Positions 7,429-16,931 of a stretch of 64,000 bases of DNA are shown one piece after another. The notes beneath the pieces were generated by a model that had not been told where the DNA came from, ran no database searches, and saw only the letters and a list, made by a program, of their open reading frames with translations. Both the position numbers and the translations under genes were made by a program. Every line of letters begins with the position of its first letter. Within the stretch, counting starts at the first letter, position 1. Source of the DNA: a virus; IMG/VR virus record IMGVR_UViG_3300021426_000095, positions 1 through 64,000 of that record. One strand, given 5' to 3'.

Positions 7429-8110
7429 TATTTTAAAACAATATGATTGGAATTGGTTTGAATTAGGATTAATTGGAATTGTTTCTATTATTGGGTTATA
7501 TTTCTTTGCCGGAACAATTACTCCACAAGAATTTATTTTACCAACAGTAGATTTAGTTGCAGCTTTTTGTGGTATCTGTTCTGTGGTTTTATGTGCTAAA
7601 GGTAAAAAAGCAGGATTTATTTTTGGCCTAATTAATGTAATTGGTTATTCTATTATTGCTTTTAATAACTTATATTATGGAGAAGTTTTATTAAACGTAT
7701 TATTCTATATTCCTATTAATATAATTTCTTATATTACTTGGAGTAAAAATCAATATGAAGATAAAAATGAAGTTATACCTAAAGCTCTTAATTGGAAACA
7801 AATACTTATCGGTATAATTATTATTAGCGCCGCAACTATAGGTTTACATTATATCTTACTTTCTCTTGGAGGAGCAATGACTCTTCTAGATGGAACTACG
7901 ACAATTCTTTCAATCGCAGCTTCTTTATTAATGTGGCGTAGATATGCAGAACAATGGGCTTGTTGGATTATTGTTGATATAATCACTGTAATTATGTGGA
8001 TTATTGCTGGTGATCCAATTATGATTGCTATGTGGGGAGCATATCTTGTGAATGCTTTCTATGGTTATTATTTATGGCTTAAGAAAAGTAATCATTTTCT
8101 TTGGAAGTAA
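7421..8110 (+). CDS. pnuC: PnuC-family nicotinamide riboside transporter
   Basis: about 230 aa, 7-8 hydrophobic segments with the Trp-rich pattern typical of PnuC; ATG 7421 overlaps the nadR stop. Confidence 0.65.
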   Translation: MNNILKQYDWNWFELGLIGIVSIIGLYFFAGTITPQEFILPTVDLVAAFCGICSVVLCAKGKKAGFIFGLINVIGYSIIAFNNLYYGEVLLNVLFYIPINIISYITWSKNQYEDKNEVIPKALNWKQILIGIIIISAATIGLHYILLSLGGAMTLLDGTTTILSIAASLLMWRRYAEQWACWIIVDIITVIMWIIAGDPIMIAMWGAYLVNAFYGYYLWLKKSNHFLWK

Positions 8111-8117
8111 AAACTAT

Positions 8118-8147
8118 TTGACGAATGCTCCTTTTATATGATATAAT
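8118..8147 (+). promoter_or_regulatory. promoter TTGACG-N18-TGaTATAAT + conserved ATATTTATAAGAAAAGGAAAAGG leader
   Basis: -35 8118-8123, -10 8142-8147. Confidence 0.6.
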
Positions 8148-8205
8148 ATATTTATAAGAAAAGGAAAAGGTTAATTAGTTGACCCATCCAATAGAAAGGA
8201 GTCCT

Positions 8206-9204
8206 ATGTGAAGTAATACAACTGCGGGTAGTTGTGGTTGTGATAATTTTTCCCCTCCTCGTAATATTTATAGTACCTCTACAACATATACACCTAACAT
8301 TACAATTGATAATGGGTCTATGAAGATAGGTAATATGACTATTGATGAAGATTCTATTACATTTAATACTTCGTCTAAAGTTATGATTGATGGAGAAGAA
8401 ATAAGTGGAGACGATATTGATTTTATCCATAAATTAAAAAATTTAGGGAATTCCGCTTGTGATTGCACTTCGGCAATTCAACATATGATAGATCAACTCA
8501 CATCAAGTCCCAAATATAATAATAAAATTAAATATAATGAAAAGGAGAGTCAAGGAATGGATCTAATGAAAAATTTTAATTTTGGTCCGTGCGGTGATCG
8601 TGCTAAGATTTCACATCTTGGTATTGCGGTACAGAATAGTAATGGTGAATGGGTATCTTATGATAAAGAAAACAACGAAATTGTTAATGTTGATTTAATT
8701 AATTTTGGTTGTGATAATTTTGTTTATATGATGCCTGTTGCAATTAAAGATGTAACTGAAGGCGATGCAATTATTCATAATCGTCATGTAATGTTTGTTA
8801 CAAAGGCAAGAGGGAAGGCTATTTCTGTTATTGATGTAACAGATGGTGAGATTAAGAAAATTCTTCCTACTAAGTCTATATTTGGTTTTGATTTTGTAAC
8901 TAAGATTGTGAGTCTAATAGATTTTACAGCATCGGCCGCGGATGAAGACAATCCTTTTGGAAACATGCTCCCCTTCCTTCTATTGAATAATGATAATAAT
9001 AGGAGCAATGATGTTCTCCCTTTAGCCTTTATGCTAATGAACAAGGATGGTCAGGATGGTGGGCTATTCTCTTCTTCTATCTCCTCTACTCAGATGATGC
9101 TTATAGCTATGATGATGACAAATGGCAAGAATGGTTGCGACACACAGAATCTTTTACCACTAATGTTCCTGATGAACGAGAATACAAAGACGGCGACTTC
9201 GTAA
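8206..9204 (+). CDS. hypothetical protein (333 aa) whose second codon is TGA
   Basis: ATG 8206 after aaaggag RBS (spacing 5), immediately followed by in-frame TGA, then continuous with the ORF-track frame 8320..9204; the C-terminus is Met/Leu-rich. Confidence 0.5.
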
Positions 9205-9423
9205 AAGTTATTTGGAGTAAAAATCATCGTATTGTTAAAGAACCTCGGTTGGATGTATTGAAAGATGCTCCACCTTCTCCGCATGTAGAAGCATGCACTA
9301 ATACAAAAGGTCGTATTCTTGAAAATGATGATGGTTTTTGGCTTCAATTTATTGATTCGTCAACTATTGCTCATTATATTTGGTTAAGTAAATCTGATTG
9401 GGTTATAAAACAGTAGGAGATAT

Positions 9424-10371
9424 ATGTTCGCAATTTTTGGTATTATCGTTCTAATCGCAGGTATTATTTGTGCGATCTTTTTTGGTAAAACAGAAACATA
9501 TGAAGCATGGGGTGAAGAAAGAACAAAACAAATTACACCACCTAAGCTATGGAGTTTAATTCCAATTATTCTTGGTGTCGTTCTTATTTTCAGTTCTTGT
9601 ATTTATACTCAATCTGTTGGAGAAGTTGTTGTCCTTCGTAATTGGGGTGGTCAGCTAGTTGGGCATGATAGTGAAGCTGGTTTTGGTCTAAAAGCTCCTT
9701 GGCAAGAAATTACTCGCTATGATATTCGTAATAACATCCTCTCCTTTATGGGTGAAACAGAAGAAGAGCAATTTGAAGGTGGTTCCGCAAATGGCTCTGG
9801 TATTATTGTGAATGATCGTGGTGGTGCAAGAGCCGTTGTAGATGTTCAGGTTAACTATTCACTTGACCCAGAAGCGGCAGAAGATCTTTATATAAATTAT
9901 GGAACTCAAGAAAACTTTGTAAAAGCTATTTGTGCGGTTGATATTCGCGCAGTTCCACGTCAAGTTGCAGGTCAATTTGATACAATTACTATTCTAACCG
10001 CACGTGAAGAATTTGTTAAAGCTATTTGGGAAGCTCTTGAAACAAAGTGGAAGCCTTATGGATTAGTTATTGAACAAGTTAATGTTCAACACGTAGAATA
10101 TCCCGATAATATTAATGAAAGTTATACTAAAGCACAGCAAGCTGAAATTGATAAGCAAACAGCTGAAAATAAAAAGTCTGTTGCTGAGGTTGAAGCACAA
10201 ACTAAAGTAGTACAAGCACAAGGTGAAGCTGACGCAAATAAAATTCTTAATGATTCACTTACACAAGAAATCATTCAGCAACACTATATTGATGCTCTTA
10301 AAGAAATTGGTGCGCAAGGAAATCTTGTAGTTGTTCCAGAAAATTCAACACCAATGGTTAATACTAAATAA
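9424..10371 (+). CDS. SPFH/band-7 (stomatin/HflC-like) membrane protein
   Basis: N-terminal transmembrane segment, band-7 core (VVVLRNWGGQLVG...GLKAPWQEI), C-terminal coiled coil (QQAEIDKQTAENKK...). Confidence 0.65.
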   Translation: MFAIFGIIVLIAGIICAIFFGKTETYEAWGEERTKQITPPKLWSLIPIILGVVLIFSSCIYTQSVGEVVVLRNWGGQLVGHDSEAGFGLKAPWQEITRYDIRNNILSFMGETEEEQFEGGSANGSGIIVNDRGGARAVVDVQVNYSLDPEAAEDLYINYGTQENFVKAICAVDIRAVPRQVAGQFDTITILTAREEFVKAIWEALETKWKPYGLVIEQVNVQHVEYPDNINESYTKAQQAEIDKQTAENKKSVAEVEAQTKVVQAQGEADANKILNDSLTQEIIQQHYIDALKEIGAQGNLVVVPENSTPMVNTK

Positions 10372-10381
10372 TTATTAATTT

Positions 10382-10420
10382 ACGCCTGTTAAGGATTATT
10401 CCTTGACGGGCGTTTTATTT
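10382..10420 (+). terminator. rho-independent terminator overlapping the next promoter's -35
   Basis: acgcctgttaagg-attatt-ccttgacgggcgt followed by tttatttt. Confidence 0.5.
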
Positions 10421-10432
10421 TTATGTTATAAT
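10403..10432 (+). promoter_or_regulatory. promoter TTGACG-N18-TGtTATAAT + ATATTTATAAAAGAAAGGAAA leader
   Basis: -35 10403-10408, -10 10427-10432. Confidence 0.6.
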
Positions 10433-10458
10433 ATATTTATAAAAGAAAGGAAATAATT

Positions 10459-10623
10459 ATGGCTCATTGTTTTGTTGAATTTGGTGCTTACGGCGCAATT
10501 GGTGATTTTGATATCGAAGGAATGACTGAAGAGCAAATCCTTGAAGAGGTTGAAGAGATTACTCAAGAATTTGTCGCACAAGAATCTGGTTATATAATTG
10601 TTGATAATAAAGAGGATTATTAA
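10459..10623 (+). CDS. small acidic protein (54 aa)
   Basis: ATG 10459 directly after the conserved leader+RBS; absent from the ORF track only because it is under 60 aa. Confidence 0.45.
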   Translation: MAHCFVEFGAYGAIGDFDIEGMTEEQILEEVEEITQEFVAQESGYIIVDNKEDY

Positions 10624-10625
10624 AA

Positions 10626-10808
10626 ATGAGCGATATTAATATAAAAGCATTAATTTATACTATTATAACTCTTGTATTAATTCCTTTATTTATTTATGTC
10701 GCATTAACGAATGTTATTTTTCTTACGATTATTGAAATAATATTAAGTATTATCATAATTGTAACACTTTTTTATGGATTATATGTATTTTTTGATGAAT
10801 TTTTTTAA
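10626..10808 (+). CDS. small membrane protein (2 predicted TM helices)
   Basis: hydrophobic 60-aa ORF. Confidence 0.45.
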   Translation: MSDINIKALIYTIITLVLIPLFIYVALTNVIFLTIIEIILSIIIIVTLFYGLYVFFDEFF

Positions 10809-10819
10809 AGGAGATAACA

Positions 10820-11644
10820 ATGCCATATTTAAATGATATTGATATTAATAAACGTTTACATGAACATCTTCTTTACTATATAAATACTTATAACAAAGAC
10901 TGGTTTGTTCTTTGTCTCCAAGGAAGTCAAAATTATAATATGGCAGATGCGGAGTCTGATATTGATTCTAAAATTCTCGTTATTCCTTCATTAGAAGATA
11001 TTGTGCTTAACCGCAAACCAATTAGTCATACTCTTGAAATGCCAGATAACCAAGAGCATGTTGATTGTAAAGATGTGCGGGAGTATTTTAAGATTTTCCG
11101 CAAGTCAAATATTAATTTTGTTGAAATTTTATTTACTGACTATTTTATTGTAAATAATAAATATTATGATCTTTGGAATAGGCTACGGGAGAATGCGGAA
11201 GGATTAGCAAGAATTAATCCTTATGCCGCAGTTTCTTGTATGAAAGGTATGGCGAGTGAAAAACGACATGCCCTGTGTCATGAATACCCAAGCCGCATGC
11301 CTTGGATTGAAAAGTTTGGTTACGACCCTAAACAATTATCGCATTTATGCCGTATTAGCTATTTTTTAAAATGGTATGTTGAAGGTAAGCCATATAAAGA
11401 TTGTATTCATTTTGAGAATAGTTGGATTCGTGATTGGCTTTTAGAGGGTAAACGTACTGGTTGGAGTCTTAATAAAGAAGATGCGGAAGCTAAAGCAGAT
11501 GAAGTAATGGAAGGTATTATTTATATGGCTGATGATTTCCGCAAAGATCATCCTAATGAAAATGATCCTATAATGGATTCTCTTTTGGATGAAATTCTTT
11601 ATGATTTAATTAGTAGGTCTTTAAAAGCAGAATTAGGAGTATAA
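10820..11644 (+). CDS. Pol-beta-superfamily nucleotidyltransferase (GS...DxD)
   Basis: LQGSQNYNMADAESDIDSK is a minimal nucleotidyltransferase signature; RBS aaaggagataaca; substrate unknown. Confidence 0.55.
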   Translation: MPYLNDIDINKRLHEHLLYYINTYNKDWFVLCLQGSQNYNMADAESDIDSKILVIPSLEDIVLNRKPISHTLEMPDNQEHVDCKDVREYFKIFRKSNINFVEILFTDYFIVNNKYYDLWNRLRENAEGLARINPYAAVSCMKGMASEKRHALCHEYPSRMPWIEKFGYDPKQLSHLCRISYFLKWYVEGKPYKDCIHFENSWIRDWLLEGKRTGWSLNKEDAEAKADEVMEGIIYMADDFRKDHPNENDPIMDSLLDEILYDLISRSLKAELGV

Positions 11645-11647
11645 TAA

Positions 11648-11839
11648 ATGAGTGGTAAAAAGTATAAGATTTATCAAAAAGGTCAATTCCTAGGTCATCA
11701 TTGTGCTACATCTGCAGCACAAGCTATTGAGAAAATGTCTCATACTCTATATGCAACAGTATATAATGTAGATTTTAATGATTATTTTGATGTATATCAT
11801 GGAAGTGATTATGGTCAAATTTATGTAGGTGAAGATTAA
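11648..11839 (+). CDS. hypothetical small protein
   Basis: ORF tightly following the upstream stop. Confidence 0.45.
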   Translation: MSGKKYKIYQKGQFLGHHCATSAAQAIEKMSHTLYATVYNVDFNDYFDVYHGSDYGQIYVGED

Positions 11840-11848
11840 AACTTTTTC

Positions 11849-11878
11849 TAGACAGGCGTATAATTTATATGCTATAAT
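11849..11878 (+). promoter_or_regulatory. promoter of the TAGACA-N18-TATAAT class
   Basis: tctagaca 11847-11854, -10 11873-11878, then ATATACAAAGAAAGGGAAAG leader. Confidence 0.5.
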
Positions 11879-11919
11879 ATATACAAAGAAAGGGAAAGAT
11901 ATTTAATTAGGAGGTTATT

Positions 11920-12438
11920 ATGGGTTTTGATATGATGGCAAGTGTTTATCACCGCAATAAGGAAACGCAGAAATATGAAAAAATAGCCTTCTATGACAAG
12001 AACGGCAAAGAACTTGATAGTGTATTTCCTACTCGTGATGGTATGCTGAATCAACTTCTTGTAGGTTATAATCGTCATGGTTATGATTTTGAAGCTATCG
12101 GTGCACGTCGTGGTCTTCCTGAGTGGTATGTCAATCTTCTAAAAGAAGAGCATCCTGATTGGTTTGATGGTAGTGATGGATCCTGGCCTTATAATGTAAA
12201 TGAAGGCACGTATTATGACTATCTTGAACTGCGTGGATGGGCGCAGGGTGATGTTTGTGCTCACAAGGATTGGATGGCTATAGAAGAGCCTGATTATGAT
12301 GATGATGTTGCACCTGAGCCACCCATGCGGAATGCTCTAAAAGACTTTATGGCACAAGTAGATACCTACCTGTATGCTTATGGTATCTATTATCCTAAGC
12401 CTGGTGAGGTAATCATAGTTTGTGAGCTGAGTTATTAA
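11920..12438 (+). CDS. hypothetical protein
   Basis: ATG after taggaggt RBS. Confidence 0.5.
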   Translation: MGFDMMASVYHRNKETQKYEKIAFYDKNGKELDSVFPTRDGMLNQLLVGYNRHGYDFEAIGARRGLPEWYVNLLKEEHPDWFDGSDGSWPYNVNEGTYYDYLELRGWAQGDVCAHKDWMAIEEPDYDDDVAPEPPMRNALKDFMAQVDTYLYAYGIYYPKPGEVIIVCELSY

Positions 12439-13055
12439 TGATTACTTTAGAAGATACTTATGGCGCATCATACGGTTTAGACGTAAAATATTTTAAGAAT
12501 TTGGGTGAATTTGAAGCGTATCTTAACAAACATCCTAAAGTACGCTATAGGATTTTAAATGGATACGCAGATTTTTATGTTTCAACCCAAGAGGAAGAAG
12601 ATAATATGGGAATGAAAAATCTCGTAATTTGTGATTGGCAAACTAAGGGTAATGCTGTGCGGCTGTGGTGCTGTGACCAAGATAAGTATGATGACATTTG
12701 GGGTGATGATTGGGACGATCAGCCTTATGAACATAATGCGGGTCGAGTATATGATAAATACGTCGATAAAGTAATTGATATTTATTTTAATTTTGATATT
12801 GTCATCCTTGAAGCTGAGAATGATTGGATTTATAACGGTAACTCTCCATTTAGCAAGCAAGATTTTAAAGAAGGCAAAGCTCCAATTTTTATTGCCTATT
12901 GGCCACAAAAAAATGACTATTGGGATGGTAGTGAATATCATCTTCTAATAGGAGGTAAGAATAACGATCGTATTCTTAAATTTTATATGGGTGATATGAT
13001 TAAGCCTATTCTTACTGATAATAAGAAAATTGTTTATTATATTGTTCATGAATAA
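12438..13055 (+). CDS. hypothetical protein
   Basis: ATGA overlap with upstream gene. Confidence 0.5.
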   Translation: MITLEDTYGASYGLDVKYFKNLGEFEAYLNKHPKVRYRILNGYADFYVSTQEEEDNMGMKNLVICDWQTKGNAVRLWCCDQDKYDDIWGDDWDDQPYEHNAGRVYDKYVDKVIDIYFNFDIVILEAENDWIYNGNSPFSKQDFKEGKAPIFIAYWPQKNDYWDGSEYHLLIGGKNNDRILKFYMGDMIKPILTDNKKIVYYIVHE

Positions 13056-13059
13056 TATT

Positions 13060-13397
13060 GGAAGGGGCAAGACTTGCGGGTACTTGCCCCATATGAGATA
13101 CTAAACATACATACCTCCGCGTGGTGTATCTTGGGTTGTGCTAAAATGTATGTACCTCTTCTCCCGGAGTTTTAGCAAGTTTCTCCGTTTTTATAGTTAT
13201 GGTTATAGTATTTAACTTGCTGAAGATTAGATTGTCTCTTCGCATTGATAGGCCGCAAAAACAGTCTCGTCCAGCGATAAAGCGTGAACTGGTGGTATAT
13301 GCTTATCCCTGAAAACTAAGCAACCTAGTATATTATCGCTCTGCTAGGGCCGCAATTACTATCCTTGCTACTCTTTAGGGTAGTAAGGATTTTTTAT
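13060..13397 (+). ncRNA. about 340 nt non-coding structured region ending in a terminator (possible sRNA or riboswitch-like leader)
   Basis: no ORF; hairpins ggggcaagacttgcgggtacttgcccc and others; terminator atccttgctac-tctttaggg-gtagtaaggat + tttttt at 13361-13397. Confidence 0.35.
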
Positions 13398-13411
13398 TAT
13401 AAGGAGATTAC

Positions 13412-14005
13412 ATGAAAATTTTAATTGCAGTACCTACATTTGAAAATATATTGCCTGACACTTTTAAATCAATTTATAATTTAGAAAAAACTGAAGATAT
13501 GATTGTAGATTTTGATTTTATTCGTGGGTATGACTGTGCTCGCGCAAGAAATAATATATGTAATAATGCTATTAAAAGTAATTATGATTATGTATTAATG
13601 GTTGATTCTGATGTAATTCTTCCTTCATATACGTTAATTAAAATGTTAAATGATCCTAAACCAGTTTGCTTAGGGTGTTATCCCCGCAAAAATACTAAAA
13701 CTGGTGTATTTGAAATTTTTAAATTAGGTCAACAAAATTATGTAGATACTTTTAATTATGGAGAAATTACTAGTTTAAGTGGTAAAATTGAAATCAAAGG
13801 CGGTGGTTTTGGATGTGGTATGATTGATGTAGAAATTCTTCAAAATTTATCGCATCCATTTTTTAAATATGTAGAGTATGAAAGTGGAGCAACATTATCA
13901 GAAGATTTATATTTTTGTAGTAATGCTACTAAAAATGGATATAAGATTTATGCTGAAACAGATGTTATTTGCGGCCATAGTGTACGTGGTTTTCAATGGC
14001 AATAA
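13412..14005 (+). CDS. glycosyltransferase (GT-A fold, DxD motif LMVDSD)
   Basis: N-terminal ILIAVPTFEN and DSD motif typical of family-2-like glycosyltransferases. Confidence 0.55.
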   Translation: MKILIAVPTFENILPDTFKSIYNLEKTEDMIVDFDFIRGYDCARARNNICNNAIKSNYDYVLMVDSDVILPSYTLIKMLNDPKPVCLGCYPRKNTKTGVFEIFKLGQQNYVDTFNYGEITSLSGKIEIKGGGFGCGMIDVEILQNLSHPFFKYVEYESGATLSEDLYFCSNATKNGYKIYAETDVICGHSVRGFQWQ

Positions 14006-14013
14006 TCATGCTA

Positions 14014-14043
14014 TTGACAAATGTTAAATAATTATGATATAAT
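14014..14043 (+). promoter_or_regulatory. promoter TTGACA-N18-TGaTATAAT + ATATTCATAAGAGAAAGGAA leader
   Basis: -35 14014-14019, -10 14038-14043. Confidence 0.6.
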
Positions 14044-14068
14044 ATATTCATAAGAGAAAGGAATTACT

Positions 14069-14281
14069 ATGGCTAAAATTAAAGATGTGCTTTATGACTA
14101 TGGTGATAAAGTTTTTTTCTTTTTTGATGGAAAAGAATATATTGGAATAGTTGAGATTATTGATAAATTTGGATATTTTTTCGATAATTCAGAACCATAT
14201 TACGATATTTTTATAAAAGAGAGTAATGTTTTAGTAAAACACGTTCCACAAAGTATTATTAAGAGGGTAGAAAATGTTTAA
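14069..14281 (+). CDS. hypothetical small protein
   Basis: ATG after leader+RBS. Confidence 0.45.
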   Translation: MAKIKDVLYDYGDKVFFFFDGKEYIGIVEIIDKFGYFFDNSEPYYDIFIKESNVLVKHVPQSIIKRVENV

Positions 14282-14492
14282 TCATAGAAAAAATCAAATT
14301 AATTACCATTCTATAAAAGATATTATAAAAGGTATACGAATTAGTTGTGAATGTGGTATTAGAGAAAAAGCTTTTGACTGGAAAGAAATTGGTGTTAAAG
14401 GTTTTAGAAATAGACGCCGTATTATTAGAATATGTAAAAAATATGGTAAAATTAAGCACGTGCCGCAAGGTTTTATTATTAAGTTTGGATAG
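14274..14492 (+). CDS. hypothetical small basic protein
   Basis: 8-nt overlap with upstream gene. Confidence 0.4.
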   Translation: MFNHRKNQINYHSIKDIIKGIRISCECGIREKAFDWKEIGVKGFRNRRRIIRICKKYGKIKHVPQGFIIKFG

Positions 14493-14505
14493 ATAGGAGC
14501 TAATT

Positions 14506-14697
14506 ATGATTGTTAGTATTTTATTTTATGAAAGTCCTAATCCTATTGATTGTAATGTACTTGGAGTTTTTGAACATAAGGCCGATGCTAAAAAATGGTT
14601 AGAAAATCACGGGTGGAGTTTTAATGTTGATTCTTGCACTTGGAGAAACCCTTCTCGTTTAGGGTTTGTTGAAATACTTGAAAAGAGTTTAAAATAA
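14506..14697 (+). CDS. hypothetical small protein
   Basis: RBS taggagctaatt. Confidence 0.45.
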   Translation: MIVSILFYESPNPIDCNVLGVFEHKADAKKWLENHGWSFNVDSCTWRNPSRLGFVEILEKSLK

Positions 14698-15425
14698 TGG
14701 AAAGACATGCCGCATATACTGGTACTCGTAATCTTTATGGAGATATGGAAACTGCTGCAAAGTCTCTAATTGGAATGACTAGTGTTGATAAAGTTCATTT
14801 TTTAATTGAAGATGATGAATTCCCTAATGAGTTACCAGATTTAATTGAGTGTCATAATGTTAGTAATCAAACTTTTTTTAAACCCGGGACTCCAAATATG
14901 CAAAGTCAATTTTCATATATGGCCATGATGCGGATTGCTCTATGCCACGTTTTAGATGAAAATATTCATAAAGTATTGTCATTAGACTGTGACACAATTG
15001 CCGCAAATGATTTATCTGATCTATGGGAATTGCCAATTGATGATTATTATTTTAGTGCAACACATGAATGGCATAAAAGTAACAATGGATTACTTTATTG
15101 TAATCATGGAGTCGTTCTTTATAATTTAGATAAAATGCGTGATGGTAAAGCAGATGAATGTATTGATGTTTTAAATAAACGTAGATATACATGGGTTGAA
15201 CAAGATGTGGGGAATTATCTATGTCAAGGCCGCATCTATGATATGCCAGCATTATATAATAGTAATTACTGGACAGATAAAGGTAAACCAAAAAAACTTC
15301 CTTATATAATTCATTATGCCGGTTTAAATCATGAAGATTGGTGTAATAATAATGAAGTAGTCTATTGGAGAAATATGCCTTGGGATCAAGTGTTAAGTTT
15401 TCATGAGTATCGCTGTAAAGGTTAG
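14697..15425 (+). CDS. glycosyltransferase family 8-like
   Basis: LSLDCDTIAANDLSDLW and HYAG..HEDW resemble GT8 (LPS glycosyltransferase / glycogenin) motifs. Confidence 0.55.
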   Translation: MERHAAYTGTRNLYGDMETAAKSLIGMTSVDKVHFLIEDDEFPNELPDLIECHNVSNQTFFKPGTPNMQSQFSYMAMMRIALCHVLDENIHKVLSLDCDTIAANDLSDLWELPIDDYYFSATHEWHKSNNGLLYCNHGVVLYNLDKMRDGKADECIDVLNKRRYTWVEQDVGNYLCQGRIYDMPALYNSNYWTDKGKPKKLPYIIHYAGLNHEDWCNNNEVVYWRNMPWDQVLSFHEYRCKG

Positions 15426-15428
15426 TTA

Positions 15429-15458
15429 TTGACGACTGACCTTTCTTTATGTTATAAT
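15429..15458 (+). promoter_or_regulatory. promoter TTGACG-N18-TGtTATAAT + ATAAGCATAGAGAAAGGAA leader
   Basis: -35 15429-15434, -10 15453-15458. Confidence 0.6.
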
Positions 15459-15481
15459 ATAAGCATAGAGAAAGGAATTTT

Positions 15482-15985
15482 ATGTGGACTATCCAAGAGA
15501 TAAAGAATTATTTACAAGAATTAGCTGAAAGTATTGATCTTGTTTATGATACTCCTGTTAAAATTAATGGTAGATTGACTAAAACTCTTGGGAGAGTTAT
15601 TGCTGAACCTGTTGCATTTGATTCTTATAAGCCGCAAGTAATTGAATTTAGTAGACAGTTTCTTGAAACTTCTACTGATGAAAGTGTGCGGCAAGTTGTC
15701 ATGCATGAGTTCGCGCATTGGGCTGTTTTGATTGAAACTGGTGAAGTTCATGGTCATGATGCAGTTTTTAAAGCTATGTGCCGCAAGATAGGTTGTCAAG
15801 CTGATCGGCCGCAAACTAAAGTTGAGCGTACTGTCAGTGATGATAAATTGTTTAAATATATTGTTAAATGTGATGAATGCGGCAATGAAATGCATTATAG
15901 TCGAGCTGGAAAAGTTGTTAAGCATCCTGACTGGTATGGATGCGGCAAATGTGGAGGAAGCTTAAGGGTGATTCAAAATTGGTAG
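15482..15985 (+). CDS. SprT-like zinc metalloprotease with C-terminal zinc ribbon
   Basis: HEFAH (HExxH) plus CDECG...CGKCG. Confidence 0.6.
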   Translation: MWTIQEIKNYLQELAESIDLVYDTPVKINGRLTKTLGRVIAEPVAFDSYKPQVIEFSRQFLETSTDESVRQVVMHEFAHWAVLIETGEVHGHDAVFKAMCRKIGCQADRPQTKVERTVSDDKLFKYIVKCDECGNEMHYSRAGKVVKHPDWYGCGKCGGSLRVIQNW

Positions 15986-16073
15986 AGTTCGACCCTATAT
16001 CTTTTTGTATTAGTTTTATTATTGGTGTCATTATAGGTAGGATTATTGGCTTAAAACTTTGGGGAAGATAATT

Positions 16074-16253
16074 ATGTTTGAAGATATCGCTAGAATTTGG
16101 CTAGAAAGTCGTACTGGTATTAATTATGATGACATGGTTCTTAATGAGCTTGTAAATGATCTTGCTATTGTACTTATGGAAGTTTATGAAGCTGGCCGCA
16201 GTTATGGTTATGATGAAGGGTTAGAAGAAAATTTAACTGAACTTCAATGGTAA
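16074..16253 (+). CDS. hypothetical small protein
   Basis: ATG 16074 after ggggaaga RBS. Confidence 0.4.
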   Translation: MFEDIARIWLESRTGINYDDMVLNELVNDLAIVLMEVYEAGRSYGYDEGLEENLTELQW

Positions 16254-16261
16254 GGATTGTT

Positions 16262-16447
16262 ATGACATTAAAAGAGTTTTGTGTTAATCAAAAATGGTGC
16301 TTAGGTTTTGCAGAAGTTAGACATTTTATTTCTAACAATGTTATTCAAGTTAATAATATCATGGTAACTAATGAAGATATGGAATTAAATATTGGTGATA
16401 TTGTTAAACTTGGCAAACATAAAGCAGCAATAGTAGGAGAAAATTAA
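16262..16447 (+). CDS. hypothetical small protein
   Basis: ATG 16262 after aaggattgtt. Confidence 0.4.
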   Translation: MTLKEFCVNQKWCLGFAEVRHFISNNVIQVNNIMVTNEDMELNIGDIVKLGKHKAAIVGEN

Positions 16448-16681
16448 ATGATTACTTTAATGCAATTGGTTGAGTCAACCGCATGGCTTCAGCCGCAAGA
16501 TCATATAAAAGTAAATCTTTGGGATAGAACCAAAGTTTATGAAGATGGTGAGTATAAAGATATTGAACTTAATGTCCGTAATCTCGCTAAATATGGAGAT
16601 TATTGGGTAACTGATCTTGATATTGAAGAGTATAAAGATGAAGATAAAGCTTTTCTATCTTGCTTAATTTGGAAGGATTAA
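16448..16681 (+). CDS. hypothetical small protein
   Basis: packed operon ORF. Confidence 0.45.
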   Translation: MITLMQLVESTAWLQPQDHIKVNLWDRTKVYEDGEYKDIELNVRNLAKYGDYWVTDLDIEEYKDEDKAFLSCLIWKD

Positions 16682-16682
16682 T

Positions 16683-16931
16683 ATGAGTCGTTGGAGTAGA
16701 ATCACTGGTATTCAAAGTACGATTGGTATCATACTTTTAATAGTTTTTATTGTAATCGCAGCGCTTGCTGTTAGTTGGGGACTTACGTGTTTAGTTGTCT
16801 ATTGGATTAGTTTACTTTGGGCAGGAACTGCATTTGTTTTTGAATGGTCATGGGCATTTGCAACTGGCGTTTGGCTTGCTCTCTGTCTTATTGGTAGTTT
16901 TTGTCAAGCGAGGATAAATTTTAATGACTAA
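16683..16931 (+). CDS. small membrane protein (3 TM helices)
   Basis: hydrophobic ORF. Confidence 0.45.
   Translation: MSRWSRITGIQSTIGIILLIVFIVIAALAVSWGLTCLVVYWISLLWAGTAFVFEWSWAFATGVWLALCLIGSFCQARINFND

Noticed and set aside
9135-9416. ORF 9135..9416 (+) as a gene
   Set aside because: It has a TTG start with no RBS, overlaps the 3' end of 8206..9204 by 70 nt in another frame, and has no homology cue; omitted from the feature list.
12582-15925. Antisense ORFs 12582..12941(-), 14259..14468(-), 15052..15291(-), 15521..15925(-)
   Set aside because: Each is fully embedded antisense in a longer plus-strand gene that has RBS/promoter support; low-complexity AT-rich shadows.
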